A DNA stretch of 64,000 nucleotides, taken from contig JAYFNV010000025.1 of assembly GCA_034933225.1 (NCBI GenBank), positions 10,457-74,456 on the forward strand. The letters are read 5' to 3'. Under the pieces are notes generated by a model. That model made no database searches. It had not been told where the DNA came from and was given only the letters and a program-made list of their open reading frames with translations. Positions 1-7,922 of this stretch are shown piece by piece. The stretch comes from Anaerolineaceae bacterium (GTDB taxonomy: Bacteria > Chloroflexota > Anaerolineae > Anaerolineales > Anaerolineaceae). How positions within the stretch are numbered: the stretch's first letter is position 1; the number at the start of each line of letters is the position of its first letter. Made by a program: the position numbers and the translations under genes.

Positions 1-1
1 C

Positions 2-886
2 ATTGGCGGCAGTGCCGCCGGTGCGGTTGCCACGGCCATCGTCAAAGATGTCTACAGCGGTAAACAGCGCCAATCCGTGCTGGCCATTGTGCAGAGCATG
101 GTCACCATCTCCCCGGCAGTGGCGCCAGTGTTGGGCGCCTTTCTGCTCAAGGTCATGTCGTGGCGCGGCGTGTTCTGGACGCTGATGGGCATAGGTGTTC
201 TGGCCCTGATCGGCGCTTTGCTGTTTGAAGAGACCCTCCTGGAGCGCAACCCCGGGCGTTTGCATCAGAGCTTTGCCCGCATGGGTGTGGTGCTGCAAAA
301 TAAACGCTTCACCCTGTTGTTGCTACTGTTTTCGCTCACCAGTGTGGCCAGCCTGGCATTCATCACCTCTTCCACGTATATCTACCAGAATAACTTTCAT
401 CTCAGCAGCCAGGTGTACAGCTTTTATTTCTCCGTCAACGCCCTTGGGATGACGGTAGCCCCAATTCTTTACCTGTGGTTGGCCAAACGAGTGGATACTC
501 AGAAGATCATTTATATTTGTTTTGGCACAGCGGCTCTCAGTGGGCTGATGGTCTGCCTGTTTGGCAACACGCAACCTTGGATCTTTGCCCTGTGCATTCT
601 GCCCAGCACGCTGGCCAATAGCTGCATCCGCCCACCCTCTGTGAACCTGATGCTTGACCAACAAAAAGGCGATTCAGGCTCCGTCTCCTCGCTCATCGGC
701 TGCAGCGGTCTGCTCATGGGCAGCCTGGGCATGCAACTGATGTCTCTGCCCTGGCAAAACGCCATTCTGGCCATCGGCATCCTCACTATGGGGATTGCCG
801 CTTTCAGCTTCATTGTCTGGCCGCTCCTGCACAACTATATCGCCAAACACGCTGCTGATGCCAGCCCTGAGACGACCAGCATTTAG
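2..886 (+). CDS. MFS efflux transporter, Bcr/CflA-like (5' end lies upstream of the window)
   Basis: The frame is open from nt 2 (IGGSAAGAVATAIVKDVYSGKQRQSVLAIVQSMV...), so track ORF 77..886 is only the part after an internal Met. Several hydrophobic helices; pattern recalled from Bcr/CflA drug:H+ antiporters. TAG stop at 884-886 is followed by a terminator. Confidence 0.8.
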   Translation: MGGSAAGAVATAIVKDVYSGKQRQSVLAIVQSMVTISPAVAPVLGAFLLKVMSWRGVFWTLMGIGVLALIGALLFEETLLERNPGRLHQSFARMGVVLQNKRFTLLLLLFSLTSVASLAFITSSTYIYQNNFHLSSQVYSFYFSVNALGMTVAPILYLWLAKRVDTQKIIYICFGTAALSGLMVCLFGNTQPWIFALCILPSTLANSCIRPPSVNLMLDQQKGDSGSVSSLIGCSGLLMGSLGMQLMSLPWQNAILAIGILTMGIAAFSFIVWPLLHNYIAKHAADASPETTSI

Positions 887-917
887 CTTTCTCCCAATCT
901 TTCCATTTTAAAAGACA

Positions 918-940
918 AGACCCGTTGCCGGGTCTTTTTA
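918..940. terminator. bidirectional intrinsic terminator between convergent genes
   Basis: AGACCCG-ttgc-CGGGTCT stem (918-935), preceded by an A run and followed by TTTTTATTT. Confidence 0.6.
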
Positions 941-950
941 TTTCAGAGGG

Positions 951-2615
951 TCATTCTATGGGATGGATCTCATAAATGCGCCAATGGGCACCTGTTTCTG
1001 TACCAGAATCCCAGACCAGGGTGGCCCAATCAGCGCCGTGTTCAAACAGAGTGGGATAAGTGACGTTAAAGATGCTCAATTGCTGCTCAGGGTCAAGCAC
1101 CAGCATGTATTTGACTGTGCCGATGGGGTTGGCCAGCACCTTGAAGAAGCCATCATCATTGGTGATGTAAAGCCGCCTGGGATATTGGGCTGCCATGATG
1201 ACAGAGAAACTGGTGGAAGAATCTACCAAGACCAGCCCGTTCTCAGAGAGTTTATCCACCTCTTTGGCTACCACGGGGGCATCGGTAAGATTCACCCAGT
1301 ACCAGTCTTTGGCGCGCAGAGCCGGCTCACTGATCGGGTCATAGACCAGCGCGGCGAGGCGCTGCTCATCTGCACCCACCGTTTTGGCGCGCATGGCCTG
1401 CAATGAGAGGGGGGTTCCCGCTAAAAACAGCCCGATCAGGGCAACATAAAAGACCAGATGCCATTTTGGCTTGAGATGTGAATAAACGATCCCGGCCATG
1501 ACCAGGGCAAAGGGAGCAGCATAGAACCAGTAACGCATCCAGTTGGCCAGGGTGCCCAAATATACCTGCAAAATGGAGAACGCCGTGACGCTGAGCATGA
1601 CGATGAAGAGGCCAAAGCCTTTGCGATCTTTGTGCCAGAAAATGGAGATCAGCGCCAGCAGTCCCATTACCGGGTAGGCAGGGTTTTGCTCAAATGAGCG
1701 GGTGAGCCCCACCCGGATGGATTCGATGATGTTGCCCCAGGCCAGATAAAGCGGATGCCCCAGACCGATGCTGCGGGCAATATCGGAGGCATTGCCCAGG
1801 CTGTAAAAGCTGCGGTAAAAGTAGAGTGGATCGCCCAAAAGGGTCCAGTTAAAGAAGATCCACATCACAATGGCGTAGACAGGCGGAGTAAGCACCGCCA
1901 GCAGCCAGCCTTCTGTGCGTGGACGCCAATCATCGCTGCCCCACATATGAACGATGATGGCTAGCGCGACGCCGGCCAGAATAGGCAGGGTCTCATAACG
2001 CACCAGGAACGCAACCGCCAGGCTCATCCCCACTAAAACCCAGGAGCGCATGGATTCAGGCATCTGGTACAGGCCCAGGAAGACGACAAGCACACAGAAC
2101 AGAAAAACGGGTTCTGCCATGCCGGAGGCAAAGAGGTAAAGCGTGTTGGGGTGGAATTGCAGCAAGACCACCAATATCCAGCGCACAGCCGGGGGGAACT
2201 TAAAGTGGGCCAACAGACGGTTGGTGAGCACGATCACGCCAGCACCAAACAGGGAAGACAAAATATTTCCGGCAAAGAACACGCTGCCCAGTGCTCTGGT
2301 GAGCGGCAATAAGGGGATCTGCAAGATGCTGGGCAAGGGTGGCCAGACAAAGCCAACTGCTGCCAGATGCGGCTCACGCGAATAGAGAACGTAGTAGGCG
2401 TTGGCCGTGCGTGAGAGCGCATCTCCATTGCCAATATGCAGCACGTAGTTCAAAAAGTAGGCGACCACCAGGTTAATGAGCAGCGAGAGCAGGAAAAGGA
2501 TCAGGCTCTCAAAGCGCTTGAGATGCACCTTTGCGTCCTGGTTGGTCAGCGCTTTGGTGGGGTGCAGTACTGCAGCCCGGGAAGAGGGGAAGAAGGATCT
2601 CGGCTTTCTGATCAT
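951..2615 (-). CDS. polytopic membrane protein, putative GT-C fold (ArnT/PMT_2-like) glycosyltransferase
   Basis: 554-aa ORF whose ATG overlaps the stop of the upstream synthase gene (ATGA at 2612-2615). Many hydrophobic helices over the first ~400 aa, then a soluble C-terminal domain. An acidic loop motif (GNGDALSR) follows the first helix. The family call rests on topology and recollection only. Confidence 0.55.
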   Translation of the reverse strand: MIRKPRSFFPSSRAAVLHPTKALTNQDAKVHLKRFESLILFLLSLLINLVVAYFLNYVLHIGNGDALSRTANAYYVLYSREPHLAAVGFVWPPLPSILQIPLLPLTRALGSVFFAGNILSSLFGAGVIVLTNRLLAHFKFPPAVRWILVVLLQFHPNTLYLFASGMAEPVFLFCVLVVFLGLYQMPESMRSWVLVGMSLAVAFLVRYETLPILAGVALAIIVHMWGSDDWRPRTEGWLLAVLTPPVYAIVMWIFFNWTLLGDPLYFYRSFYSLGNASDIARSIGLGHPLYLAWGNIIESIRVGLTRSFEQNPAYPVMGLLALISIFWHKDRKGFGLFIVMLSVTAFSILQVYLGTLANWMRYWFYAAPFALVMAGIVYSHLKPKWHLVFYVALIGLFLAGTPLSLQAMRAKTVGADEQRLAALVYDPISEPALRAKDWYWVNLTDAPVVAKEVDKLSENGLVLVDSSTSFSVIMAAQYPRRLYITNDDGFFKVLANPIGTVKYMLVLDPEQQLSIFNVTYPTLFEHGADWATLVWDSGTETGAHWRIYEIHPIE

Positions 2616-5600
2616 TTGCTCCCTCCTTTACCGGGTTCAGTGCCTTCTGATGTCCCGAATTCATTTGCGCCAGGGTCAACATCATCCGCTGAGCGCTGAT
2701 ACAGGCCGTGGCGGGTCTTCTCCCAAAAGTGCGGCTTGACGATCAACTGTACAAAGCCCTTCCAACTGGCGATACTGCTCATAGCCCAGTAGATGGGGCT
2801 GAGCAGGGCGGTGGAGACCATGCCATAATAGCCACGGCGCATGGCGCCGGCCACATTGACGTATGTGAAGACAAAGGTGCCCACATACAAACACAGCGCG
2901 CCCATGTAGAAAATAACTCCCGGGAATAGCTGCTGGATGAATGCCGGTTTGGCCAGGAACCAGATGGCCGTCATAGCCCAGTAGACCGGGTTCATCAGCG
3001 CGGTGAAGAAAGTGCCGCCCACAATGAACTGGAAGCTCATAAAGTTCCAGAAGCCGATCTCGCGGATAAGGTGCAGGGGGCGGCGCATGTGCACCAGCCA
3101 GGTCTGCATGTAGCCCTTCAACCAGCGCGAACGCTGGCGGATCCAGTTGCCGAATTGGCTGTTGGCTTCCTCATAGGTGGTGGAATCCACAATGCGAGTA
3201 CGGTAACCGCGTTTGAAGAGGCGGATGCCCAGATCGGCATCTTCGGTGACGTTGTATGGATCCCAGGCGCCGGCTTCGACAAGGGCCAGGGTCCTGAAGT
3301 GGTTGGAAGTACCTCCCAACGGTATTGGCGCGTGCTCGGCGTCCAGACCGGGCAGAAGCAGGTCGAACCACATGGAGTATTCCACGGTAAACCAGCGGGT
3401 GAGGATGTTCTGGTTGCGATTGTAATAATTGAGCTTGGCCTGAATACAGGCTACCTTTTCATCCGTCTTGTTGAATGCAATGACCACGCGTTTGAGCTGA
3501 TCGCGGTCGGGCAGATCTTCTGCATCGTAGATCACCACATAATCGCCGCGCGCGTGGATAAGCCCGTAGTTGCAAGCCTTGGGTTTGGTCTTGGGCAGTT
3601 CGTTTGGCACGATCACTTTTTGAATGAAGCGCGGCGGGTTCACCTGGTCGAACCTGGCAATGGTCTCTTCATCTTCCTCTTCCATCAGCACCAGAATATC
3701 CAGGCGGGCGGAGGGGTAATCGATGGAGGCCAAAGATTTGAGGATTTCCGGCAGCACCTCGGCCTCACGGTGCACCGGTACCAGAATGGTATAGACCGGC
3801 AAGTCGGCATCTTTTAACTGGGCCACCTCTTCTGCTGTGACCGGTACTTCCAGGTTCGTAGAGATGGCCTTAAAAATGAGGCGAAACTTGTAGATGGAAA
3901 AGACCAGATAAAAAGCGGTGACGAGCGCATTGATGATGACCAGATAAGAGTGCCAGTCAAGCACCAGCCAGACCACAGTCAGCACTGCCATCACGATGAG
4001 GCTGATGACCTGGCCGCGCACCAGCACCCGGTAAGCTGAATCTTGCGGGGTGCGCTCCAGCAGGGAGGAGATGCTTTCATTTAAATAATGACTGCGGTAA
4101 ACCTCTTCCAACACTTTCTCCAGGTCAGATTCGCTGATGAGCACCAGCTTGATGGATTTATTGAGCAGCTTTTCGGCCTGCTGAATGCCCTCCTGGTTGA
4201 GGGGGTCCACCGTGGCCAGGATCACCTGTTTGGCATCCTGGGCAAGCGGCAGCACACCCTGGGTGCGCTCAAAGGTGGGGTCAAGCAAGCGGACGGCGGC
4301 CTTATCTACCAGCGCTCTGGAAAGATCAAAGAAGGGCAGGTCTGCCTGATGGGCCAGGAACTGATACAGGGCCGTCTCTGTGATGTAGCGTTTGAAGACC
4401 AACGCCTTGCCCAGACGGATGTTCACCCTGCGGGCATAATCGAGGGCATCATTCAACTGGCTGCGTGTGATCATACCGGCCACCAACAGGGTGGTACCCA
4501 GGTTGGGTCGGCCCAGGGTGCGTTGAATGGCATCTTCCAGCGAAGCATGCGTGGTGAGCACCGGAATTACACTGGTACGCAAGATCACCTGCAGGTTGCG
4601 ACGGGCATTCTCAAAGAGCGGGTCAGAGAACGCCACCACGGTCTGATCTCCCACCTGGCGGATGGGCAGTGCTTTAAATTGGTGGGCGCTTTCCAGCGTC
4701 AACAGACGAGCCACGGCCGGATCTACCGGGTCCAGGGTACGGGTGCGCGTACGTTCAGCGCCCAGTGCATCAATGACCTGGCCTCTTTCTTCTTTAAGGG
4801 CCAGCTCTTCAAATTTAACATTCAACAGTTTGGCCATCTTCTGGCCCACTAATGTAGCCGAAAGGCCGGTGACGGCAACGACGGCCTCATCCAGCGAAAC
4901 CCCCGTCTCTTTAACGCGTTTCTGGCTAGCATACGCCTGTTTGCGTGTGCAAAGACCGGCAGCCACCAACTGATCCAGCAATTTGCCTGTTTGCTCGGCC
5001 TGGTCAACTTCAAGCGAGGCCGAGAATGTGCGCTCGATCATCTGCACAATGATGGAGTAAGGAGCCAGCACCGGCCAGATTGATTTTTTGCTCAGGGTCT
5101 CAAATTGTTTGAATCCCTCGGCCAAAAACGGGTCTGCGCTTGCCACCCATAAATTATGCTCATCTTCTAAAAGTGGAAAGAGCTTGTATTTTTGAATGGC
5201 CTCTTCAGGGATTTTTTGCAGCAGTTTTTCATCTACAAGCACGTGGTCCAGGCTGAGGGTGGGCATCCCCAACCAAAAACCGGTCGCCTCCACCAGGTCT
5301 TCTTCTGAGAGAAAACCTTTCTCCATCAGCTCGCCCACCCAGTTGGCAGATTGCTTGTTGGTCTCATCAAACTGAGCCCGGGTGATGTAGCCAAGCTGAA
5401 TGAGAACCTCCAGAAACAGCAGAGAGGTTGGATCGCTGCTGACATCTGCGGGCGGATAGATCACATCCAGCCAACGCTGCAATTCCTGTTCGTCCATCAG
5501 GCGGGGTTCCACCTGCAAATGGGTCAGCGCTGAGACAAGGTCCAGCAAGCGCAGGTCGAGTGTATCCACGCCCAGCAGCAGGGTGCCATCTTCTTCTGCG

Positions 5601-6541
5601 ATGGGCAGCAGGTGAAACTTTTGCGCCATCCAGCCAGGGAGATGATGACTGACCGGTGCGACAAATTTAGCAAAATAAGGTGGAATATCTCTGGCCAGGA
5701 GCGGCATCACCCCAATGGATCTGGAATAGACCTTCAGCCAGGCATCCGGGCTGACCAGGTTGCGCTCGAAGAGGATCTGCCGGGCTGGCAGCGCCACCTG
5801 GCGTTCCACCTGCAAAACCAGATCGCCCTGCTCGCGCGTGATCAACCGTTCGGCAACCAGCAGGTCGATCATCTCAGCGCTTGGGCGGGTGACGAGCGAA
5901 TGGCCGCGCAGGACCAGTCGCTGATAGGCCAGATTGATGAGATCTTCCTCGGCAATGATCCATTGAAATGAGTAGTGGGCATCCAGGGTAAGCAGGTCCA
6001 GCTCTTTTTGCCACCTGGGGTCATCGGTCAGCAAGAACAGGGTGGAGCCTGCCCAACCCAGCGGAATTACGTGGTCACGGGGTAACCCGGCGGGCAGCAG
6101 ATAATCCAACCCCCTGGGCGGGAAGGGATTTGCTCCGGCCAAATGGGGCAAATTGGCCAGCAATCCGTTCAATTCCAATAGGTCTCTAGCGCTCTTTTCG
6201 GTGGGGAAGAGCTTTCCGGCTACCCCCTCAGAAAGCGCAATCCCAGGCGGACCGTAAAGGCGGTCACGCAGATACTGATAATCTACCCACGAGCAGGCCA
6301 TAACCTTGATCGGCCTTCTTAGCAGAGTTTGAATTTCATTCTGCTCCTCTTCGGATAAATTGAACGGTGAAGCCAGGGTCAAACCATTGTTTTCAATGCT
6401 CAAAGGCACGGTTGAAAACTTACGGGCCACAGATTCAGGGAAAACATGCAAGACCGCTCTGGAAGGCGATATTGAATTCAAACGCAAAAATGGGGTGGAA
6501 TAATTCCAGGCTGTCATGAAACCATCTCTATTAATAAACAA
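2612..6541 (-). CDS. processive family-2 glycosyltransferase (polysaccharide synthase) with about six N-terminal T2SSE_N/MshEN-like modules
   Basis: 1309-aa ORF with a TTG start at 6541 (alternative ATG 8 codons downstream). aa ~20-817 hold repeated GspE-N-terminal-type modules. aa 843-890 form two TM helices. aa ~915-1150 form the GT2 core with PVYTILVP, YDAED, GGTSNHFR, VTEDADLG (TED) and QRSRW (QxxRW). Then come 4-5 TM helices and a ~40-aa tail. Confidence 0.8.
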   Translation of the reverse strand: MFINRDGFMTAWNYSTPFLRLNSISPSRAVLHVFPESVARKFSTVPLSIENNGLTLASPFNLSEEEQNEIQTLLRRPIKVMACSWVDYQYLRDRLYGPPGIALSEGVAGKLFPTEKSARDLLELNGLLANLPHLAGANPFPPRGLDYLLPAGLPRDHVIPLGWAGSTLFLLTDDPRWQKELDLLTLDAHYSFQWIIAEEDLINLAYQRLVLRGHSLVTRPSAEMIDLLVAERLITREQGDLVLQVERQVALPARQILFERNLVSPDAWLKVYSRSIGVMPLLARDIPPYFAKFVAPVSHHLPGWMAQKFHLLPIAEEDGTLLLGVDTLDLRLLDLVSALTHLQVEPRLMDEQELQRWLDVIYPPADVSSDPTSLLFLEVLIQLGYITRAQFDETNKQSANWVGELMEKGFLSEEDLVEATGFWLGMPTLSLDHVLVDEKLLQKIPEEAIQKYKLFPLLEDEHNLWVASADPFLAEGFKQFETLSKKSIWPVLAPYSIIVQMIERTFSASLEVDQAEQTGKLLDQLVAAGLCTRKQAYASQKRVKETGVSLDEAVVAVTGLSATLVGQKMAKLLNVKFEELALKEERGQVIDALGAERTRTRTLDPVDPAVARLLTLESAHQFKALPIRQVGDQTVVAFSDPLFENARRNLQVILRTSVIPVLTTHASLEDAIQRTLGRPNLGTTLLVAGMITRSQLNDALDYARRVNIRLGKALVFKRYITETALYQFLAHQADLPFFDLSRALVDKAAVRLLDPTFERTQGVLPLAQDAKQVILATVDPLNQEGIQQAEKLLNKSIKLVLISESDLEKVLEEVYRSHYLNESISSLLERTPQDSAYRVLVRGQVISLIVMAVLTVVWLVLDWHSYLVIINALVTAFYLVFSIYKFRLIFKAISTNLEVPVTAEEVAQLKDADLPVYTILVPVHREAEVLPEILKSLASIDYPSARLDILVLMEEEDEETIARFDQVNPPRFIQKVIVPNELPKTKPKACNYGLIHARGDYVVIYDAEDLPDRDQLKRVVIAFNKTDEKVACIQAKLNYYNRNQNILTRWFTVEYSMWFDLLLPGLDAEHAPIPLGGTSNHFRTLALVEAGAWDPYNVTEDADLGIRLFKRGYRTRIVDSTTYEEANSQFGNWIRQRSRWLKGYMQTWLVHMRRPLHLIREIGFWNFMSFQFIVGGTFFTALMNPVYWAMTAIWFLAKPAFIQQLFPGVIFYMGALCLYVGTFVFTYVNVAGAMRRGYYGMVSTALLSPIYWAMSSIASWKGFVQLIVKPHFWEKTRHGLYQRSADDVDPGANEFGTSEGTEPGKGGSK

Positions 6542-6547
6542 GGACCA

Positions 6548-6748
6548 TTAGTCTTCTTCCGAACGGTCTCGGATAGAAAAGAAGATCACCAGACCCGATA
6601 TGATGATCAGAAATATGGCGAAATAACCATTAAAGATTCCCAGGATCAGTAAAGCCCACGCAGATAGAAAAACGGCAACTTCCACAATGATTATGATCAG
6701 TTGCAGCCATTTTTTTTGCGGCCTCGGCGATTCCCCTTTATCACTCAA
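6548..6748 (-). CDS. 66-aa double-TM membrane protein (operon-embedded)
   Basis: TTG start 2 nt after the upstream stop; its own stop lies 6 nt before the synthase start. Two long hydrophobic helices (LQLIIIIVEVAVFLSAWALLILGIF / FAIFLIIISGLVIFFSI). No family recognised. Confidence 0.45.
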   Translation of the reverse strand: MSDKGESPRPQKKWLQLIIIIVEVAVFLSAWALLILGIFNGYFAIFLIIISGLVIFFSIRDRSEED

Positions 6749-6750
6749 AT

Positions 6751-7920
6751 TTACACATCCTTCTGAGAAAGAACTTTCCAGCTCATTGAAGCATAGTCTT
6801 TAAGGTCATCCCTAAAATCAACTTTGGTGAGATCCGTATTTCCCTTCAAAATAAATACCAGGCGACCATTGGCATATTCGATCAGCTTCAGGTCTGTCAC
6901 TGCCGGATTGGAAGAGATTTTGGTTTGGATCCTGGGCAGATCGGCTAGATTCTGAAATCCCAGCAGCGTGAAAAGAAATTCATCTGCGTCCAGGCCTTCC
7001 AATTGGGTGCGACCGCGGGCGGCCAACGCTTCTGCATTGCTGATGTCCGCCATCTCAATTTGCGGGCTGGGTTCTTTACGGATACTGGCAGCCGAAACAA
7101 CCGGGGTTTCAGATGCCAGGGCCAACTGCAAAGCCGCCTCACAATTAGCGATCAACTCCTCAGGGGTTACGCCGTCTTCCGGGAAGGTTGCCACTGCGAT
7201 GCGCAGATCCAACTGGGTCACCTTGGCCGCGTTTGTCAGCAAGCGGCGCGCAAACGCCACCGCGCCGGCTGCATCGGTCTCAGGCAAGATCACCCCAAAG
7301 TGGTTGCCCACAAAAGAGATGTCTACGTCATTGCGGGAGGTCTTGAGCAGCAAACGGGCAATGGCGGTATCGATCTCTTTGCGGTCATTGGTCTCAAGGT
7401 ACTCATAGGTGGCCTTTGAGGTCTCCAACATCAAGAAAGCAAAGGTTTTCTGGTAGCGCCGGCAGCGAGCCAGCTCAGTATCCAGGCGGGTGCGGGCGTG
7501 TTTCCACAGCAGCAGGCCGGTCTCAGAATCGTATTGGATCAGATCGCTCAACAATTGCAGGTCCTTGCGCATGCGAACCACATTGCGGTTGATCGCACGC
7601 ATCAACATTGAGCTCAGGCCGCCTGTCGCCCCCAAAATCAGCACAACCGTCAAAGGAGCGAACACTGATTCGATGCCAGTGTAATGAAATATGCTGAAAT
7701 AGGTGACCGCGTAAATGATGGAAGCCAACAAGGTAGAAAGAATGGCCGCAAACGGGAAGATGCGCGCAATGGAGACGATCTCGATCATCACCAACAGGGC
7801 CAACGAAAGCAAGAAGAGTTTGTGGTCCACCAATAGGATCGAACCTGTGGCAATGACGGACCAGACGGCCAAAATGGCAATATTAACGTCTTGAAAAGTA
7901 GATTGAGTAGAGTTGTTCAT
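6751..7920 (-). CDS. membrane protein with degenerate GGDEF domain (VGNHF in place of GGDEF), PelD-like receptor candidate
   Basis: Four N-terminal TM helices. A GGDEF-fold region spans aa ~128-270 (DSETGLL..., RRYQKTFAFLMLE, VGNHFGVILPETD, AVATFPEDG) and lacks the catalytic GG(D/E)EF and the upstream metal/substrate residues. An unassigned ~90-aa C-terminal domain follows. ATG lies 2 nt after the BcsB-like stop. Confidence 0.7.
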   Translation of the reverse strand: MNNSTQSTFQDVNIAILAVWSVIATGSILLVDHKLFLLSLALLVMIEIVSIARIFPFAAILSTLLASIIYAVTYFSIFHYTGIESVFAPLTVVLILGATGGLSSMLMRAINRNVVRMRKDLQLLSDLIQYDSETGLLLWKHARTRLDTELARCRRYQKTFAFLMLETSKATYEYLETNDRKEIDTAIARLLLKTSRNDVDISFVGNHFGVILPETDAAGAVAFARRLLTNAAKVTQLDLRIAVATFPEDGVTPEELIANCEAALQLALASETPVVSAASIRKEPSPQIEMADISNAEALAARGRTQLEGLDADEFLFTLLGFQNLADLPRIQTKISSNPAVTDLKLIEYANGRLVFILKGNTDLTKVDFRDDLKDYASMSWKVLSQKDV

Positions 7921-7922
7921 AG

